Below are positions 1 through 9,618 of a stretch of 59,058 bases of DNA, piece after piece. The DNA is from Chloroflexota bacterium (GTDB lineage Bacteria > Chloroflexota > Dehalococcoidia > UBA2979). The translations under genes and the position numbers were made by a program. Each line of letters opens with the position of its first letter. Position 1 is the stretch's first letter. The stretch spans positions 1-59,058 of the forward strand of contig QWQU01000002.1 in assembly GCA_003670735.1 (NCBI GenBank), read 5' to 3'. The notes under the pieces were generated by a model. It saw only the letters and a list, made by a program, of their open reading frames with translations. It ran no database searches and was not told the origin of the DNA.

Positions 1-707
1 CCGCGCTGCTCGCCGGCCGCGCGTGGAACGAGGAGCGCGACGCGCACCGCCTCGCCACCCTGCGCGAGCACGGCGCGTCCGAAGAGCTGCTCGAGGTGCT
101 CGCCGCCAGTGACCTGCGTCGAGGCTTCGCGTGGGAGCCCATCCCCGCCGGCGGCGTCCACCCGATCGACGACGGCACGCGCATCCCCCTCGCCAACGAT
201 GAGCAGCTGCGCGTGATCGCCGCGCCGGGACACACCCCAGGCAACCTCGTTGCACTCGCGGAGGGTTCGGGCGATCTCTACGCTGGCGACACGCTGCTCC
301 CGCATCAGGTGCCGACCGCGGGCATGCACTTCGCAATCGCGGCTGATGGGAGCGTCGGCGAGCGCTGGCCCTCGCTGCCGCTCTTCGTGCGCTCTGTGCA
401 GCGCGTGGGCGAGCTCGGCGCGAAGCGCACGCTGCAGGGCCATGGCACTCCCGGCTCGAATCCCGCGAGGCTAGCCGGACGCTTCATCCAGCACCATCAG
501 CGCCGCGCCAACCGCTATCGCGCGCTGCTCACCGAGCGTCCCGACACCGCCTTCGGCCTCGCCGAGCGTGCGTTCCCGCACATCGGCCCACTGCAGCTCG
601 CACAGGCGATGACCGAGATCATCGGCCACTTCGACCTGCTCGACCTCGACCACCAGATCGAGCGCGAGCTGCACGACGGCGTGATCACCGTCCGCCTCCT
701 CACGTAG
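1..707 (+). CDS. MBL-fold metallo-hydrolase, 5'-truncated by window edge
   Basis: The frame of ORF-track entry 96..707 stays open back to base 3 (ALLAGRAWNEERDAHRLATLREHGASEELLEVLAAS...), so the gene starts upstream of the window. The stretch ..IAAPGHTPGNLVALAEGSGDLYAGDTLL.. resembles the metal-ligand region of MBL-fold hydrolases. Family call is from motif memory only. Confidence 0.55.
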   Translation, partial: ALLAGRAWNEERDAHRLATLREHGASEELLEVLAASDLRRGFAWEPIPAGGVHPIDDGTRIPLANDEQLRVIAAPGHTPGNLVALAEGSGDLYAGDTLLPHQVPTAGMHFAIAADGSVGERWPSLPLFVRSVQRVGELGAKRTLQGHGTPGSNPARLAGRFIQHHQRRANRYRALLTERPDTAFGLAERAFPHIGPLQLAQAMTEIIGHFDLLDLDHQIERELHDGVITVRLLT

Positions 708-716
708 ACCTCAAGG

Positions 717-1949
717 CTATCGAAGCAGCAGCGCAATCCCCGCGCCACCGAGCGCCGTGAGCACGACCACCAGCCACGGTGGCACACGCCAGATCTGCAG
801 CAGCCCGAACGCCACCACCGCCAGCGCGAGATCGATCGCGCCTGTGACCGCGCTCGTGAAGATCGGCGTGTAGAGCGCCGCGGCGAGGATGCCCACGACC
901 GCCGCGTTCACGCCACGGAGCACACCCTGGAACGCAACGTGGCGGCGAAACGCATCCCAGAACGGCAGCGCCCCCGTCACCATCAGGAACGACGGCGCGA
1001 ACATCGCAATCAGCGCCACGAACCCGCCGACCACCCCATTCGGCGTTGGCATCTCAACCGCGCCGAGGTACGCCGAGAACGTGAACAGCGGCCCCGGCAC
1101 TGCCTGTGCCGCGGCATATCCGGCGATGAACTGCTCCCCCGACACCCAGTCCGGCGGCACGACTTCGGCCTGCAACAGCGGCAGCACGACATGCCCACCA
1201 CCGAACACGATCGAGCCAACACGGAAGAACGTGTCGACCAGCTCGAGCGTGTGCGATGCCACGAGCTGCCTCGTCACCGGCAGCGCCACGAGCAACCCCG
1301 CGAACATCACCCACGCACCGATCGCCACGCGACGTGAGATGCGCACACGCAGCGTCGTCACATCCAAGGGCTGCGCATCGCCCGCCAGCAGCCGCCAACC
1401 CACGAGCCCCGCAACCGCGATCACCCCGATCTGCACGAGCGCCGTCGGCGCCACCAGCACCGCAACCGCCGCAAGGACTGCCATGGTCGCTCTCGGACGA
1501 TCCGGCGTCAGCGTGCGCGCCATGCCCCACACCGCCTGCGCGACCACGGCGACCGCCACGATCTTCAGCCCATGCAGCCAGCCTGCATCAGCCACATTCG
1601 TCGAACGCAGCTTCATCGCAAACACGATCAGCACGAGCGCCGACGGCAGCGTGAACCCAATCCACGCCATGAGACCGCCGAGGAAACCCGCACGGAGCAT
1701 CCCGATCCCGATGCCCACCTGACTGCTCGCCGGACCCGGCAGGAACTGGCACAGCGCCACGAGGTCTGCGTACGACTGCTCGTCAATCCAGCGCCGCCGC
1801 TCGACGTACTCCGCCCGGAAGTACCCGAGGTGTGCAATCGGACCGCCAAACGACGTCAGCCCAAGCCGCAGTGCGACCCGCAAGACCTCAAACGGCGACC
1901 CTTGTGGGGTCGCCGTTTGCATCTCATCACCGACGAGCGGAGCGCTCAT
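717..1949 (-). CDS. chrA: chromate transporter (CHR family)
   Basis: 410-aa polytopic membrane protein. It has the N-terminal signature FGGPIAHLGYFRAEYVERRRWIDEQSYADLVALCQFLPGPASSQ and an internally duplicated half (..VFGGGHVVLPLLQAEVV..), typical of ChrA. Confidence 0.85.
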   Translation of the reverse strand: MSAPLVGDEMQTATPQGSPFEVLRVALRLGLTSFGGPIAHLGYFRAEYVERRRWIDEQSYADLVALCQFLPGPASSQVGIGIGMLRAGFLGGLMAWIGFTLPSALVLIVFAMKLRSTNVADAGWLHGLKIVAVAVVAQAVWGMARTLTPDRPRATMAVLAAVAVLVAPTALVQIGVIAVAGLVGWRLLAGDAQPLDVTTLRVRISRRVAIGAWVMFAGLLVALPVTRQLVASHTLELVDTFFRVGSIVFGGGHVVLPLLQAEVVPPDWVSGEQFIAGYAAAQAVPGPLFTFSAYLGAVEMPTPNGVVGGFVALIAMFAPSFLMVTGALPFWDAFRRHVAFQGVLRGVNAAVVGILAAALYTPIFTSAVTGAIDLALAVVAFGLLQIWRVPPWLVVVLTALGGAGIALLLR

Positions 1950-1951
1950 TG

Positions 1952-4900
1952 CTACTCCGCCGAGAGCACTCGATAGAGCGACGTCAGCCGCCGCGGCAGC
2001 TGCTCAATGTCATCGACCACCTCGTACCCCACGTCGGAGCACATGTCCTTCAGGTAGTCGTGACCTTCCTTGTCGACGGTGATCAGGAACGGCGTGATCC
2101 CAACGCGCTTCGCTTCGAGGAGTGCCTGGTGCGTGTCATGCACCGCGTACTCCTTCTCGGTGCGATCGCGCCCGTAGCCGTGATCCTGCGGTCGCCCGTC
2201 GGAGACGAGGATCAGGATCTTTGCCTTCGCGTCATACTTCTCCATCTTGGCGATCGTATGCCGGATCGCCGGGCCCATCCGCGTCGATCGCACCGGCTGC
2301 ACTTTGTCGATGCGCTTGCGCACCTGGTCGCCAAACTGCTCAGCCAGGTCCTTGATCACGTGGAACTCCACGTTGTCGCGACCATAGCCCGAGAAGCCGT
2401 AGATGCCGTATGAGTCGCCGATCGCCTCGAGTGCCTCCGCGATCAGCACCAGCGACTCCTTCTCAAGGTCGATGATGCGCTTCGGCGCTTCCGAGATTTG
2501 CTTCGCGCGTCGCTCCGCCAGCCACTGGAAGTAGTTGCGCGGGTCGCCCTGGAAGCTGCCGTCGGTGCGGTCACCAGAGCGCGGCTTCTCCACCTCTTCA
2601 TCCGTCGAGGCGGACATGTCCATCAAGAACGCGACGGCCACGTCCCGGTCGACCTTATTGCGCCGCCAGTACACCTGCGCGAGCGGCCCGACGCCGGCGC
2701 GCTTGTCCACGATGAACTCGATCGCGCGGTCGAGATCGATCTCCTCGCCGTCTTCGAGTCGCTTGATGCGACGGAACGTCTCTGGGCGCATTAGCTCGAA
2801 CTGACGACGCGTCTCGACCACCAGCCCGTGGTGCTTCTGCAGCGTGTCCTGGTAGTAGTCGAGCGTGCCCTCCTCGCCGGTGCGCTCACCGACGCGGCAC
2901 CAGCGCGGACGGTAGTCCGAGGCGCGGAAGTCCCACTCGTCGTAGTACGTCCACGTGATTTCCGGGCCCTTGTCGCTCGAGCCACCCTCGTCGCCGCCGC
3001 CCTCGCCGTCCGACTCCTCGCCGTTCTGGTCGCGCTGCTGCTTCGCCTTCGCGGCAGCCGCTGCTTCCTTCTCGAGGTTGCTCAGGAACTGGCCCATCGA
3101 GGCAGCCATGTCGCCCTCGGACGCATCGGGGAACCCGACCTCCGAGGACTTCGAGAGCGCGTCCATCACCTGGTCGCTCGACAGCGTCTCTCCCTCGCCG
3201 GCCTCTCCGCTCGCCTGGTCCCGCAGGCGCGACAGCAGCTGCACGAGCTCCGGCTTGAAGTCGCCACGGAACTCCGGCTGCGCCGGCACCTCGAACTCCT
3301 GCTCCTCGCTGTCTTCGGGCAGCTCGCGCTCGGACTGGCCCATCCCACCCGGCATCTGCGCCTGCTCGCCGAAGTCAGAGGGTGGCTCTTCCCAGTCTTC
3401 GTCGTTGTACGGGTTGCGAATGTTCGGCATCGAGACCGCGATGTCATACAGCGCGCCCGCAACCTCCGCCGAGTCCTGCACCGTCGCGTTCGGCTCCTCG
3501 ACCACCGCGAGTGCGCCGAGCGCGGTGCCCATCGCTTCCATCAGATCCTTCGGCCAGCGGATCGCATCACGCCGACCCAACGAGGAGCGCAGCATGCTCT
3601 CCACGAACGCCGACCGGAGGCTCATCGAGCGCGCGTCGGGGCGTCGCTCCGCCTCGATCGACTGCAGGCGGTGCAGCCACGGCGTGATGCCGCGGTACTC
3701 GCGCGACACGGCCGCATCAACGCGCGTGTCCTCGACGACCGTGAACAGCGAGGCGATTAGGTCGCGCACCTCGAACAGGTCGAAGAAGCGTTCCATGTCG
3801 GTGATCGCGTCGCGCTCGCGCTGCGGCGCGTCGGGCAATCGTTCCGCGACGCTCGCCGGCGCGTACACACCATCGACGCCCCACTGGTAGTGGAACGAGC
3901 CGAACTCGATGCGCCCGGTCTGGTGCGTCGTGAAGACCTTGTACGACTGGAAGTTGGAGGGCTGCTCCGGAAACGATCCCACGAACGGCGGCAGGAAGAT
4001 CGAGGTGCCTTCTGTCGTCGCCATCGATTGCTGGACCCAGCCGATCCCGCGGTCGACCAGCTCTTCCGTCGAGCGGATCGAGATCGTCGATCCGGTCAGC
4101 GCCTTCGCATACATACGCAGCAGCCCGTGAATGCTGCCGAGCTCGACACGCGCCGACAGCGACGCAAGCGTCCCTTCCGCACGAGTGGACTGCATTTTGA
4201 AGTACGCCTCGGCGCCTTCGATGTTGCCTTCGTCGAACAGCAGTCGCGCACCAGGCTCGACCCACTGCTCCAGCTGCTCCGAGGTGATGCGCGTCAGCAC
4301 GAACGGCACCGAGCGCAGGAACGCCATCGCCGCCACCGGAGAGCGCCGCGCGAGGTACTGCGCGAGCCGCATCATCGTCTCGTGCTCGTTGACCGGGACG
4401 TCGCCCATCGCGGACGCAGTCTCGAGGAAGTGCGGGAAGCCCTGGCGCCCCGCGCTCTGCACGACCCGCGCCGCGAGCTGCAGGAACGCGCCGCGCTGCT
4501 CGCGCTCGATCCGCGAGACCAGTTCGGGGCCGCGCTCGAAGTACAGACGCGTGTCCGCCCACGAGGAGCGACTCAGCGCCGCCGCGAATTGCAGGAACGG
4601 CTCGCGGTCGTGGAAGTCGAGCTCCTCAAACAGCGCACCGGAAGCCTCGAGGCAGGTCGTCGCGAGCTGGTACGACCGCTCCGCGAGCACCACCAGCACA
4701 TCAACCAGCTGATCGACCTGCGGCATCGAGAGGCCAGAGAAGATCTTTGGGCTCTCGTCGAAGAACAGCACCGTCAGCGCGATCGACTTCCAGTTGCCCT
4801 GGTGCAGGCGCTCGCCGGCCTGCGCCCACGAGTCGAGGTCGGTGCGAATGATCGTCTGCTGGGTGATGTTCTCGCCCTGGATGCCGATGTCGAAGTCGGG

Positions 4901-5251
4901 GTCGGCGGGCAGCGCCTGCACCACCGCCGGCGTCGCGCGCAGATACGCGGCTGCGACCAGCGGCGATTCCGTCGAGAGCCGTTCCGCCGACTCGCTCCAG
5001 CGCACGAGCAGGTCGAACGGGATCAGCCGCGATACCTCGGGGCTGGCGCGGAAGAACTCGACCGCCGCCTCCCAGGAGCGCAGCGACTGCGAGGCCAGCG
5101 CCGCGCCTCGCTCAGCCCACACCTCGAAGTCCTCGGGGGTGAGCATGCTCTCCAGCTCGCGCGCTGCCTCCAGGAACTCGTCACGCAGGCCGACGCCGTG
5201 TGACTGCAGCTCCGCGTCGTATCGATCCGCCAGGGTGTCTGCAACGCTCAT
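1952..5251 (-). CDS. very large VWA-domain protein, CbbO/NorD-like partner of the CbbQ/NorQ ATPase
   Basis: 1099 aa. The C-terminal ~220 aa form a von Willebrand A domain with a MIDAS-like DMSAST motif (..VAVAFLMDMSASTDEE.., ..ILILVSDGRPQD..). The N-terminal region is long and helical, with two acidic low-complexity inserts (..EDWEEPPSDFGEQ.., ..NGEESDGEGGGDEGGSSD..). It lies immediately downstream of the AAA+ gene. Confidence 0.75.
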   Translation of the reverse strand: MSVADTLADRYDAELQSHGVGLRDEFLEAARELESMLTPEDFEVWAERGAALASQSLRSWEAAVEFFRASPEVSRLIPFDLLVRWSESAERLSTESPLVAAAYLRATPAVVQALPADPDFDIGIQGENITQQTIIRTDLDSWAQAGERLHQGNWKSIALTVLFFDESPKIFSGLSMPQVDQLVDVLVVLAERSYQLATTCLEASGALFEELDFHDREPFLQFAAALSRSSWADTRLYFERGPELVSRIEREQRGAFLQLAARVVQSAGRQGFPHFLETASAMGDVPVNEHETMMRLAQYLARRSPVAAMAFLRSVPFVLTRITSEQLEQWVEPGARLLFDEGNIEGAEAYFKMQSTRAEGTLASLSARVELGSIHGLLRMYAKALTGSTISIRSTEELVDRGIGWVQQSMATTEGTSIFLPPFVGSFPEQPSNFQSYKVFTTHQTGRIEFGSFHYQWGVDGVYAPASVAERLPDAPQRERDAITDMERFFDLFEVRDLIASLFTVVEDTRVDAAVSREYRGITPWLHRLQSIEAERRPDARSMSLRSAFVESMLRSSLGRRDAIRWPKDLMEAMGTALGALAVVEEPNATVQDSAEVAGALYDIAVSMPNIRNPYNDEDWEEPPSDFGEQAQMPGGMGQSERELPEDSEEQEFEVPAQPEFRGDFKPELVQLLSRLRDQASGEAGEGETLSSDQVMDALSKSSEVGFPDASEGDMAASMGQFLSNLEKEAAAAAKAKQQRDQNGEESDGEGGGDEGGSSDKGPEITWTYYDEWDFRASDYRPRWCRVGERTGEEGTLDYYQDTLQKHHGLVVETRRQFELMRPETFRRIKRLEDGEEIDLDRAIEFIVDKRAGVGPLAQVYWRRNKVDRDVAVAFLMDMSASTDEEVEKPRSGDRTDGSFQGDPRNYFQWLAERRAKQISEAPKRIIDLEKESLVLIAEALEAIGDSYGIYGFSGYGRDNVEFHVIKDLAEQFGDQVRKRIDKVQPVRSTRMGPAIRHTIAKMEKYDAKAKILILVSDGRPQDHGYGRDRTEKEYAVHDTHQALLEAKRVGITPFLITVDKEGHDYLKDMCSDVGYEVVDDIEQLPRRLTSLYRVLSAE

Positions 5252-5374
5252 CGCGGCGACTCCAACCCGTATGACCCGTAGGTCTCCATGATGCCATCCA
5301 GAGCCTGAGCACGCGCCGAAACGACAACGGGCCCGCCGATGGCGGACCCGTTGGGTGCGTTCCGCTGGTTCGCC

Positions 5375-6238
5375 CTACTCGGGGAAGATCGAGGTGACGA
5401 CTTCCTCGATCGACTGCTGCACTTCGACGTCGTCCGTGAGGCCCCAGACGACCGCCACCTGGCAGGCGCGGCGCGGCGAGATGCCGTTGGCGATCAACTT
5501 GCCCGCGTACACGAGCAAACGAGTCGAGACACCTTCCGCGAGCCCGTGCTCGCGCAGGTTGCGCACCTTCTCCGCGAGCTTCGCCAGCTCCTCAGCCATG
5601 TCCGTCGAGCAGCCCGACTCAACCTGGATGATCTGCGCTTCCTGCTCGCGCGGCGGGTACTTGAACTCGATCGCGATGAAGCGCTGGCGGGTCGAGTGCT
5701 TCAGGTCCTTCAGCGCGGACTGATAGCCCGGGTTGTAGGACAGCACCAGCAGGAAGCCGGGAGCAGCCTCAAGCAGCTCACCGCGCTTGTCGATCGGCAA
5801 CAGGCGGCGGTAGTCCGTCAGCGGGTGGATCAGGACGGTCGTGTCCTTGCGCGCCTCGACGATCTCGTCGAGGTAGCAGATCGCGCCGGTCTTCACCGCG
5901 CGCGTGATCGGACCATCGATCCACCGTGTCTCCTCGCCTTCGAGGAGGTAGCGGCCAACGAGGTCGGACGCCGTGAGGTCTTCGTGACATGCCACCGTGA
6001 TCAGCGGCACGCCTTCGGTCGCCTTGTCACCCAGGTGGTTGTGCAGGCGCCACGACATGTACTCGACGAAACGAGTCTTGCCGCAGCCGGTCGGGCCCTT
6101 CAGCAGCACCGGCACGTTGTTCGCGTACGCGGTCTCGAAGAGCTCGATCTCGTCCGTGATCGGCAGGTAGTAGGGCTCGCTCGTCAGGCGGAAGTCTTCA
6201 ACCGCCATCTGCTGGAACCGAGGTTCAGGAGTCGTCAA
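5375..6238 (-). CDS. CbbQ/NirQ/NorQ/GpvN-family (MoxR-class) AAA+ ATPase
   Basis: 287 aa. Walker A is [17 protein letters not shown] and Walker B is [11 protein letters not shown]. The N-terminal [15 protein letters not shown] is typical of CbbQ/NorQ. The track start at 6238 is TTG and overlaps the coaE stop (TTGA). An alternative ATG lies at 6208. Confidence 0.85.
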   Translation of the reverse strand: MTTPEPRFQQMAVEDFRLTSEPYYLPITDEIELFETAYANNVPVLLKGPTGCGKTRFVEYMSWRLHNHLGDKATEGVPLITVACHEDLTASDLVGRYLLEGEETRWIDGPITRAVKTGAICYLDEIVEARKDTTVLIHPLTDYRRLLPIDKRGELLEAAPGFLLVLSYNPGYQSALKDLKHSTRQRFIAIEFKYPPREQEAQIIQVESGCSTDMAEELAKLAEKVRNLREHGLAEGVSTRLLVYAGKLIANGISPRRACQVAVVWGLTDDVEVQQSIEEVVTSIFPE

Positions 6239-7473
6239 CGTCCACCCGCCCGTCGAGCGGCGGTCTTCGTCGACTTCGCCGCGGTCTTCGCTGTCTTGCT
6301 CGCAACCTTCGAGGCGGGACGAGCCGGCTTCGAAGTCTTCGCTACGGTACCGCGCGAGGCGGTCGCCTTCTTGGCGACAGGCTTCGCTGCCGGCCGCGTT
6401 GCCGCGGCCTTCTTCGCTGCCGGCTTGGCAGCGGCCTTCGCCGCCGGGCGAGTCGCAGTCGCCTTCTTGGCGACCGGCTTCGCAGCAGCCTTGGCCGCCG
6501 GACGCGGCGCCGCGGCCTTCTTCGCTACGGGCTTCGCAGCAGCCTTCGCCACCGGTCGCGTTGCCGCGGCCTTCTTGGCGACGGGCTTCGCTGCCGGCTT
6601 GGCTGCCGGGCGCGCTGCAGTGGTCTTCTTCGCCGCGGGCTTGGCCGCCGGCTTCGCAGCGGGGCGCGTTGCCACGGCCTTCGCCGCAGGCTTGGCGGCC
6701 GGCTTCGATACCGGCTTGCTCGCGACCTTGGCCGCAGGCTTCGAGGCCACCTTCGCGGCGGGGCGTGCCGGGGCAGCGGCCTTGGCCGCCGGCTTCGCCG
6801 CTGCCTTCGAGGCAGGACGCGTCGGAGCAGCGGGCTTCGGTGCCGGCTTGGGCTTCGCCATCGACTCAGTACCGGTGCGCTTGAGCAGCTTCAGCCACTC
6901 CGCGTCGACCTTCTTCTGGAAGTCGTCGAGGCCGCCCGAGTTGTCGAGCTTCACGTACGCGTGCTCGGAACGCTCCTTGTTGGAGAGCTGCGAGTCGATA
7001 CGAGCCTGTGCCTGGTCAGCAGTCAGACCGTTGCGAGCCACGATGCGGTCTCGCGCCACTTCGGGCTCGACCGTCACGACCCACACCTCGTCCACGAGGT
7101 CGAACCAGTTGGCCTCAACCAGCACCGCGGCCTCGAGCACGATGTGCACGTTCTTATCGCGGCGCTTGATCTCGTTGACCTCTTCGTGGGCCAAACGACG
7201 AATCTCTGGCCAGACGATGTTGGTCAGGCGCTCCATCTGGTCGGGACGGCCAAAGACCTTCCCGCCAAGGAGCTGCCGGTTAATCGTCCCGTCCGCGGCG
7301 ACAATGTCGTGCCCGAACTCGTTGACGACGGCCTCGAAGCCCGGCGTACCCGGCTCGTAGACCCGGTGGCCGACGCGGTCAGCGTCGATGACAAGGGCGC
7401 CAGCCTCGCGCAGCCAGTTGGCTGCGGTCGACTTCCCAGAAGCAATACCGCCAGTAAGCCCAATAACAGTCAT
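6235..7473 (-). CDS. coaE: dephospho-CoA kinase fused to a ~208-aa Ala/Lys/Pro-rich basic C-terminal tail
   Basis: I place the start at ATG 7473 ([21 protein letters not shown].., P-loop GxxxxGKS), not at the track start 7572. About 200 aa form the CoaE fold. From ..[12 protein letters not shown].. onward the protein is AKP repeats such as [17 protein letters not shown]. Confidence 0.8.
   Translation of the reverse strand: MTVIGLTGGIASGKSTAANWLREAGALVIDADRVGHRVYEPGTPGFEAVVNEFGHDIVAADGTINRQLLGGKVFGRPDQMERLTNIVWPEIRRLAHEEVNEIKRRDKNVHIVLEAAVLVEANWFDLVDEVWVVTVEPEVARDRIVARNGLTADQAQARIDSQLSNKERSEHAYVKLDNSGGLDDFQKKVDAEWLKLLKRTGTESMAKPKPAPKPAAPTRPASKAAAKPAAKAAAPARPAAKVASKPAAKVASKPVSKPAAKPAAKAVATRPAAKPAAKPAAKKTTAARPAAKPAAKPVAKKAAATRPVAKAAAKPVAKKAAAPRPAAKAAAKPVAKKATATRPAAKAAAKPAAKKAAATRPAAKPVAKKATASRGTVAKTSKPARPASKVASKTAKTAAKSTKTAARRAGGR
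6238..6861 (-). repeat. in-frame degenerate tandem repeats (~17-18 codons) encoding the AKP-rich tail
   Basis: The units [19 protein letters not shown] / [18 protein letters not shown] / [18 protein letters not shown] / [14 protein letters not shown] are visible in translation. At DNA level the motif gccgccggcttcgc recurs. The 673-aa plus-strand ORF 5339..7360 is its antisense shadow. Confidence 0.7.
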
Positions 7474-7692
7474 GTGAGCGTCTCCGCAATCCTGGCTTGG
7501 GGAAGGTCGGAAGCCTTGCGATTGTATTTGCGCGCCTGCGGCGACGCAATGTAATTGGGCGCACAAGCACATTCGAGCGCGAACCGCGCCGAATGTGTAG
7601 GACTGCGAGACTCACGCTCGAGGACGAATTGAGTCGATCGAGGTGCGGCGCCGCCAGAAGACGACGCCGCGATTCACTCGGCCACGGACTGA

Positions 7693-7720
7693 AGAAGCTG
7701 GGCGAAAAGCGGCGCGCCGC
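7693..7720 (-). terminator. putative intrinsic terminator after etfA, with the conserved TTTTCGCCCAGC tail
   Basis: The minus strand reads TAG-GCGGCGCGCCGC-TTTTCGCCCAGCTTCTTC. This is a GC palindrome directly after the stop codon, followed by a T-run. The same tail sequence recurs at other gene ends (see findings). Confidence 0.5.
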
Positions 7721-8695
7721 CTAGCGAGCCTGCTTCAGCGCCTCGATCAGGGCCGGCAGCACCAGCTTGTAGTCGCCGACGATGCCGAACTTCGCGGACT
7801 TGAAGATGTTCGCCTCGCGGTCCTTGTTGATCGCGACGATCGCCTTTGCGCCGCTGCAGCCAGCCATGTGCTGACTGGCGCCCGAGATGCCCACCGCCAC
7901 GTACAGGTCCGGCGAGACCACCTTGCCGGTCAGGCCGACCTGCTGGCTCGGCGGGTACCACCCCAGGTCGCACGCGGCACGCGAGGAGCCCACAGCGGCT
8001 CGCTCGCTGCCAAACGCAGCGGCCAGCGCCTCCACCAGGCGGAAGCCCTCCGGGTCGCCCAGGCCGCGGCCACCGGAGACCACGATCGGCGCGTCTTGAA
8101 TCTGCAGACCCTCGCTGGCGGACGCCTCGCGGCTCACCACGTCGGTACGGGCCTCGCCCGGGCCCGGCAGCTCCGAGGTCGCCCCCGTCGCCCCAGCGGT
8201 CGCGTCCAGCGCTTCCTGGGTCTTGGCGCGCACCGTGATCACGGCCAGAGCGGACGCGAACTCGTACGTCGCGAGCGCGTTGCCACCGTAGGCCGGGCGC
8301 GTCACCTGCAGCTTGCCCCCGACCATCTCGAGGCGAGAGCAGTCCATCGCCGCCGACGATCCGTTGCGGAACGCCAGCCGCGGACCGAGGTCACGGCCAA
8401 CCATCGACTGCGCGATCAGCACCACCGTCGCCGAGGCCTGCGCGATAGCCGCCTCGGCCGCCGGCAGCCACTGGTCCGAGCGGAACACGTCATACGTCGC
8501 GTCGCCCGAGGTGAGCGCCTGCGTCGCACCGAACGTGAATGCCTCAGCGGCCGACGCCTGCGCGCCCGTGCCAAGCAGCGCGATCGCGACCGTGCCACCC
8601 TCGGCAATCCGCGACGCGGCGCCGAGCAGTTCCTTCGAGGTCGGAGCCAGTGCGCCGCCGACCATCTCGCCAATAACCAGGACGTTCTGTGCCAC
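7721..8695 (-). CDS. etfA: electron transfer flavoprotein subunit alpha
   Basis: 324 aa, starting MAQNVLVIGEMVGG. The C-terminal FAD-binding region reads ..APIVVSGGRGLG.. and ..QVGLTGKVVSPDLYVAVGISGASQHMAG.., which is classic EtfA. Confidence 0.9.
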   Translation of the reverse strand: MAQNVLVIGEMVGGALAPTSKELLGAASRIAEGGTVAIALLGTGAQASAAEAFTFGATQALTSGDATYDVFRSDQWLPAAEAAIAQASATVVLIAQSMVGRDLGPRLAFRNGSSAAMDCSRLEMVGGKLQVTRPAYGGNALATYEFASALAVITVRAKTQEALDATAGATGATSELPGPGEARTDVVSREASASEGLQIQDAPIVVSGGRGLGDPEGFRLVEALAAAFGSERAAVGSSRAACDLGWYPPSQQVGLTGKVVSPDLYVAVGISGASQHMAGCSGAKAIVAINKDREANIFKSAKFGIVGDYKLVLPALIEALKQAR

Positions 8696-8756
8696 GAGCC
8701 CACTCCTACCTGCCGCGCGCCATCGCGGCGCACAGGCAACGTTATGTCGTTCTCAG

Positions 8757-9554
8757 TTAGATGATGCGCGCGTCGCGCAGCGCCTGCACCAGGCCCTGCG
8801 CCTGCTCCTCGGGAGTCTCGCCCTCGATGATCTGCACCGCGCCGCCCGACTGGGGTTGTGCGAGGCCGACGAGCTTGAGCTTGGAGCCAGCCGCGCCCAC
8901 GCCCGACGCATCGAGGCCGAGGTCGCCCGTGCCCCACGTCGTCACGGTCTTCTTCGCTGCCTGCATGATCTGCTGCAGCTTCGGATAGCGCGGGTCGCCA
9001 AGCTCATTCGAGACGGTCACAACCGCCGGCAGCGGCTCCTTGACGGTCTCGAAGCCGTCGGTCAGCACGCGCTGGACGACCAGTGCGCTGCCGTCGAGCT
9101 GCACGTCCTTGGCCACGATCGCGCACGGCCAGCCCAGGTCCTCGGCAATCCCGAGGCCAACCTGGCCCATGTCCCAGTCCGCCGCCTGGCGGCCACAGAA
9201 CACCGCGTCCACGTCACCGAGCTTGCGAATCGCAGCGGCGAGCACCTTCGCGGTGGTGTAGGAGTCGCCACCCTCGAACGCGTCGTCGTTCAGCAGCACG
9301 CCTTCGTCGGCGCCCATCGCGAGCACCTGCTTGATGGCCGCTTGCGCAGACTCCTTGCCCATCGAGATCACGGTGACCTTGGTGTCACCGGCGCTCTCCT
9401 TGAGCCGCAGCGCCGCTTCGGCAGCCTGCGCGTCGAACGGGCTCAGTACCGGCGAGATGCCGGCGGCGGGCACGACCGCATTCGAATCGATCTTGAACGC
9501 CGACGGCGGCGTCTCCGGGTCGGGGATCTGCTTGGCACAGATAACAAGATGCAT
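8757..9554 (-). CDS. etfB: electron transfer flavoprotein subunit beta
   Basis: I place the start at ATG 9554 (MHLVICAKQIPDPETPP.., canonical EtfB N-terminus). The track ORF extends to 9725 through non-homologous sequence. Confidence 0.9.
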   Translation of the reverse strand: MHLVICAKQIPDPETPPSAFKIDSNAVVPAAGISPVLSPFDAQAAEAALRLKESAGDTKVTVISMGKESAQAAIKQVLAMGADEGVLLNDDAFEGGDSYTTAKVLAAAIRKLGDVDAVFCGRQAADWDMGQVGLGIAEDLGWPCAIVAKDVQLDGSALVVQRVLTDGFETVKEPLPAVVTVSNELGDPRYPKLQQIMQAAKKTVTTWGTGDLGLDASGVGAAGSKLKLVGLAQPQSGGAVQIIEGETPEEQAQGLVQALRDARII

Positions 9555-9618
9555 CGGGACGTCCCTCCTCGGGACCTCGAGCGCGTGAGCGGCTCGTGCT
9601 AAGGGTATCTGAGATCGG

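Noticed and set aside
6235-6240. Possible frameshift or gene fusion artefact at the coaE/cbbQ junction
   Set aside because: The junction reads as an ordinary overlapping stop/start (TTGA) with each protein complete, so no frameshift is needed. Only the choice between TTG 6238 and ATG 6208 remains open.
5339-7360. 673-aa plus-strand ORF rich in Ala/Gly/Phe repeats (..[15 protein letters not shown]..)
   Set aside because: It is the antisense shadow of the cbbQ gene and of the AKP-repeat tail of coaE. The minus-strand products carry clear Walker and P-loop motifs, whereas this frame has none.
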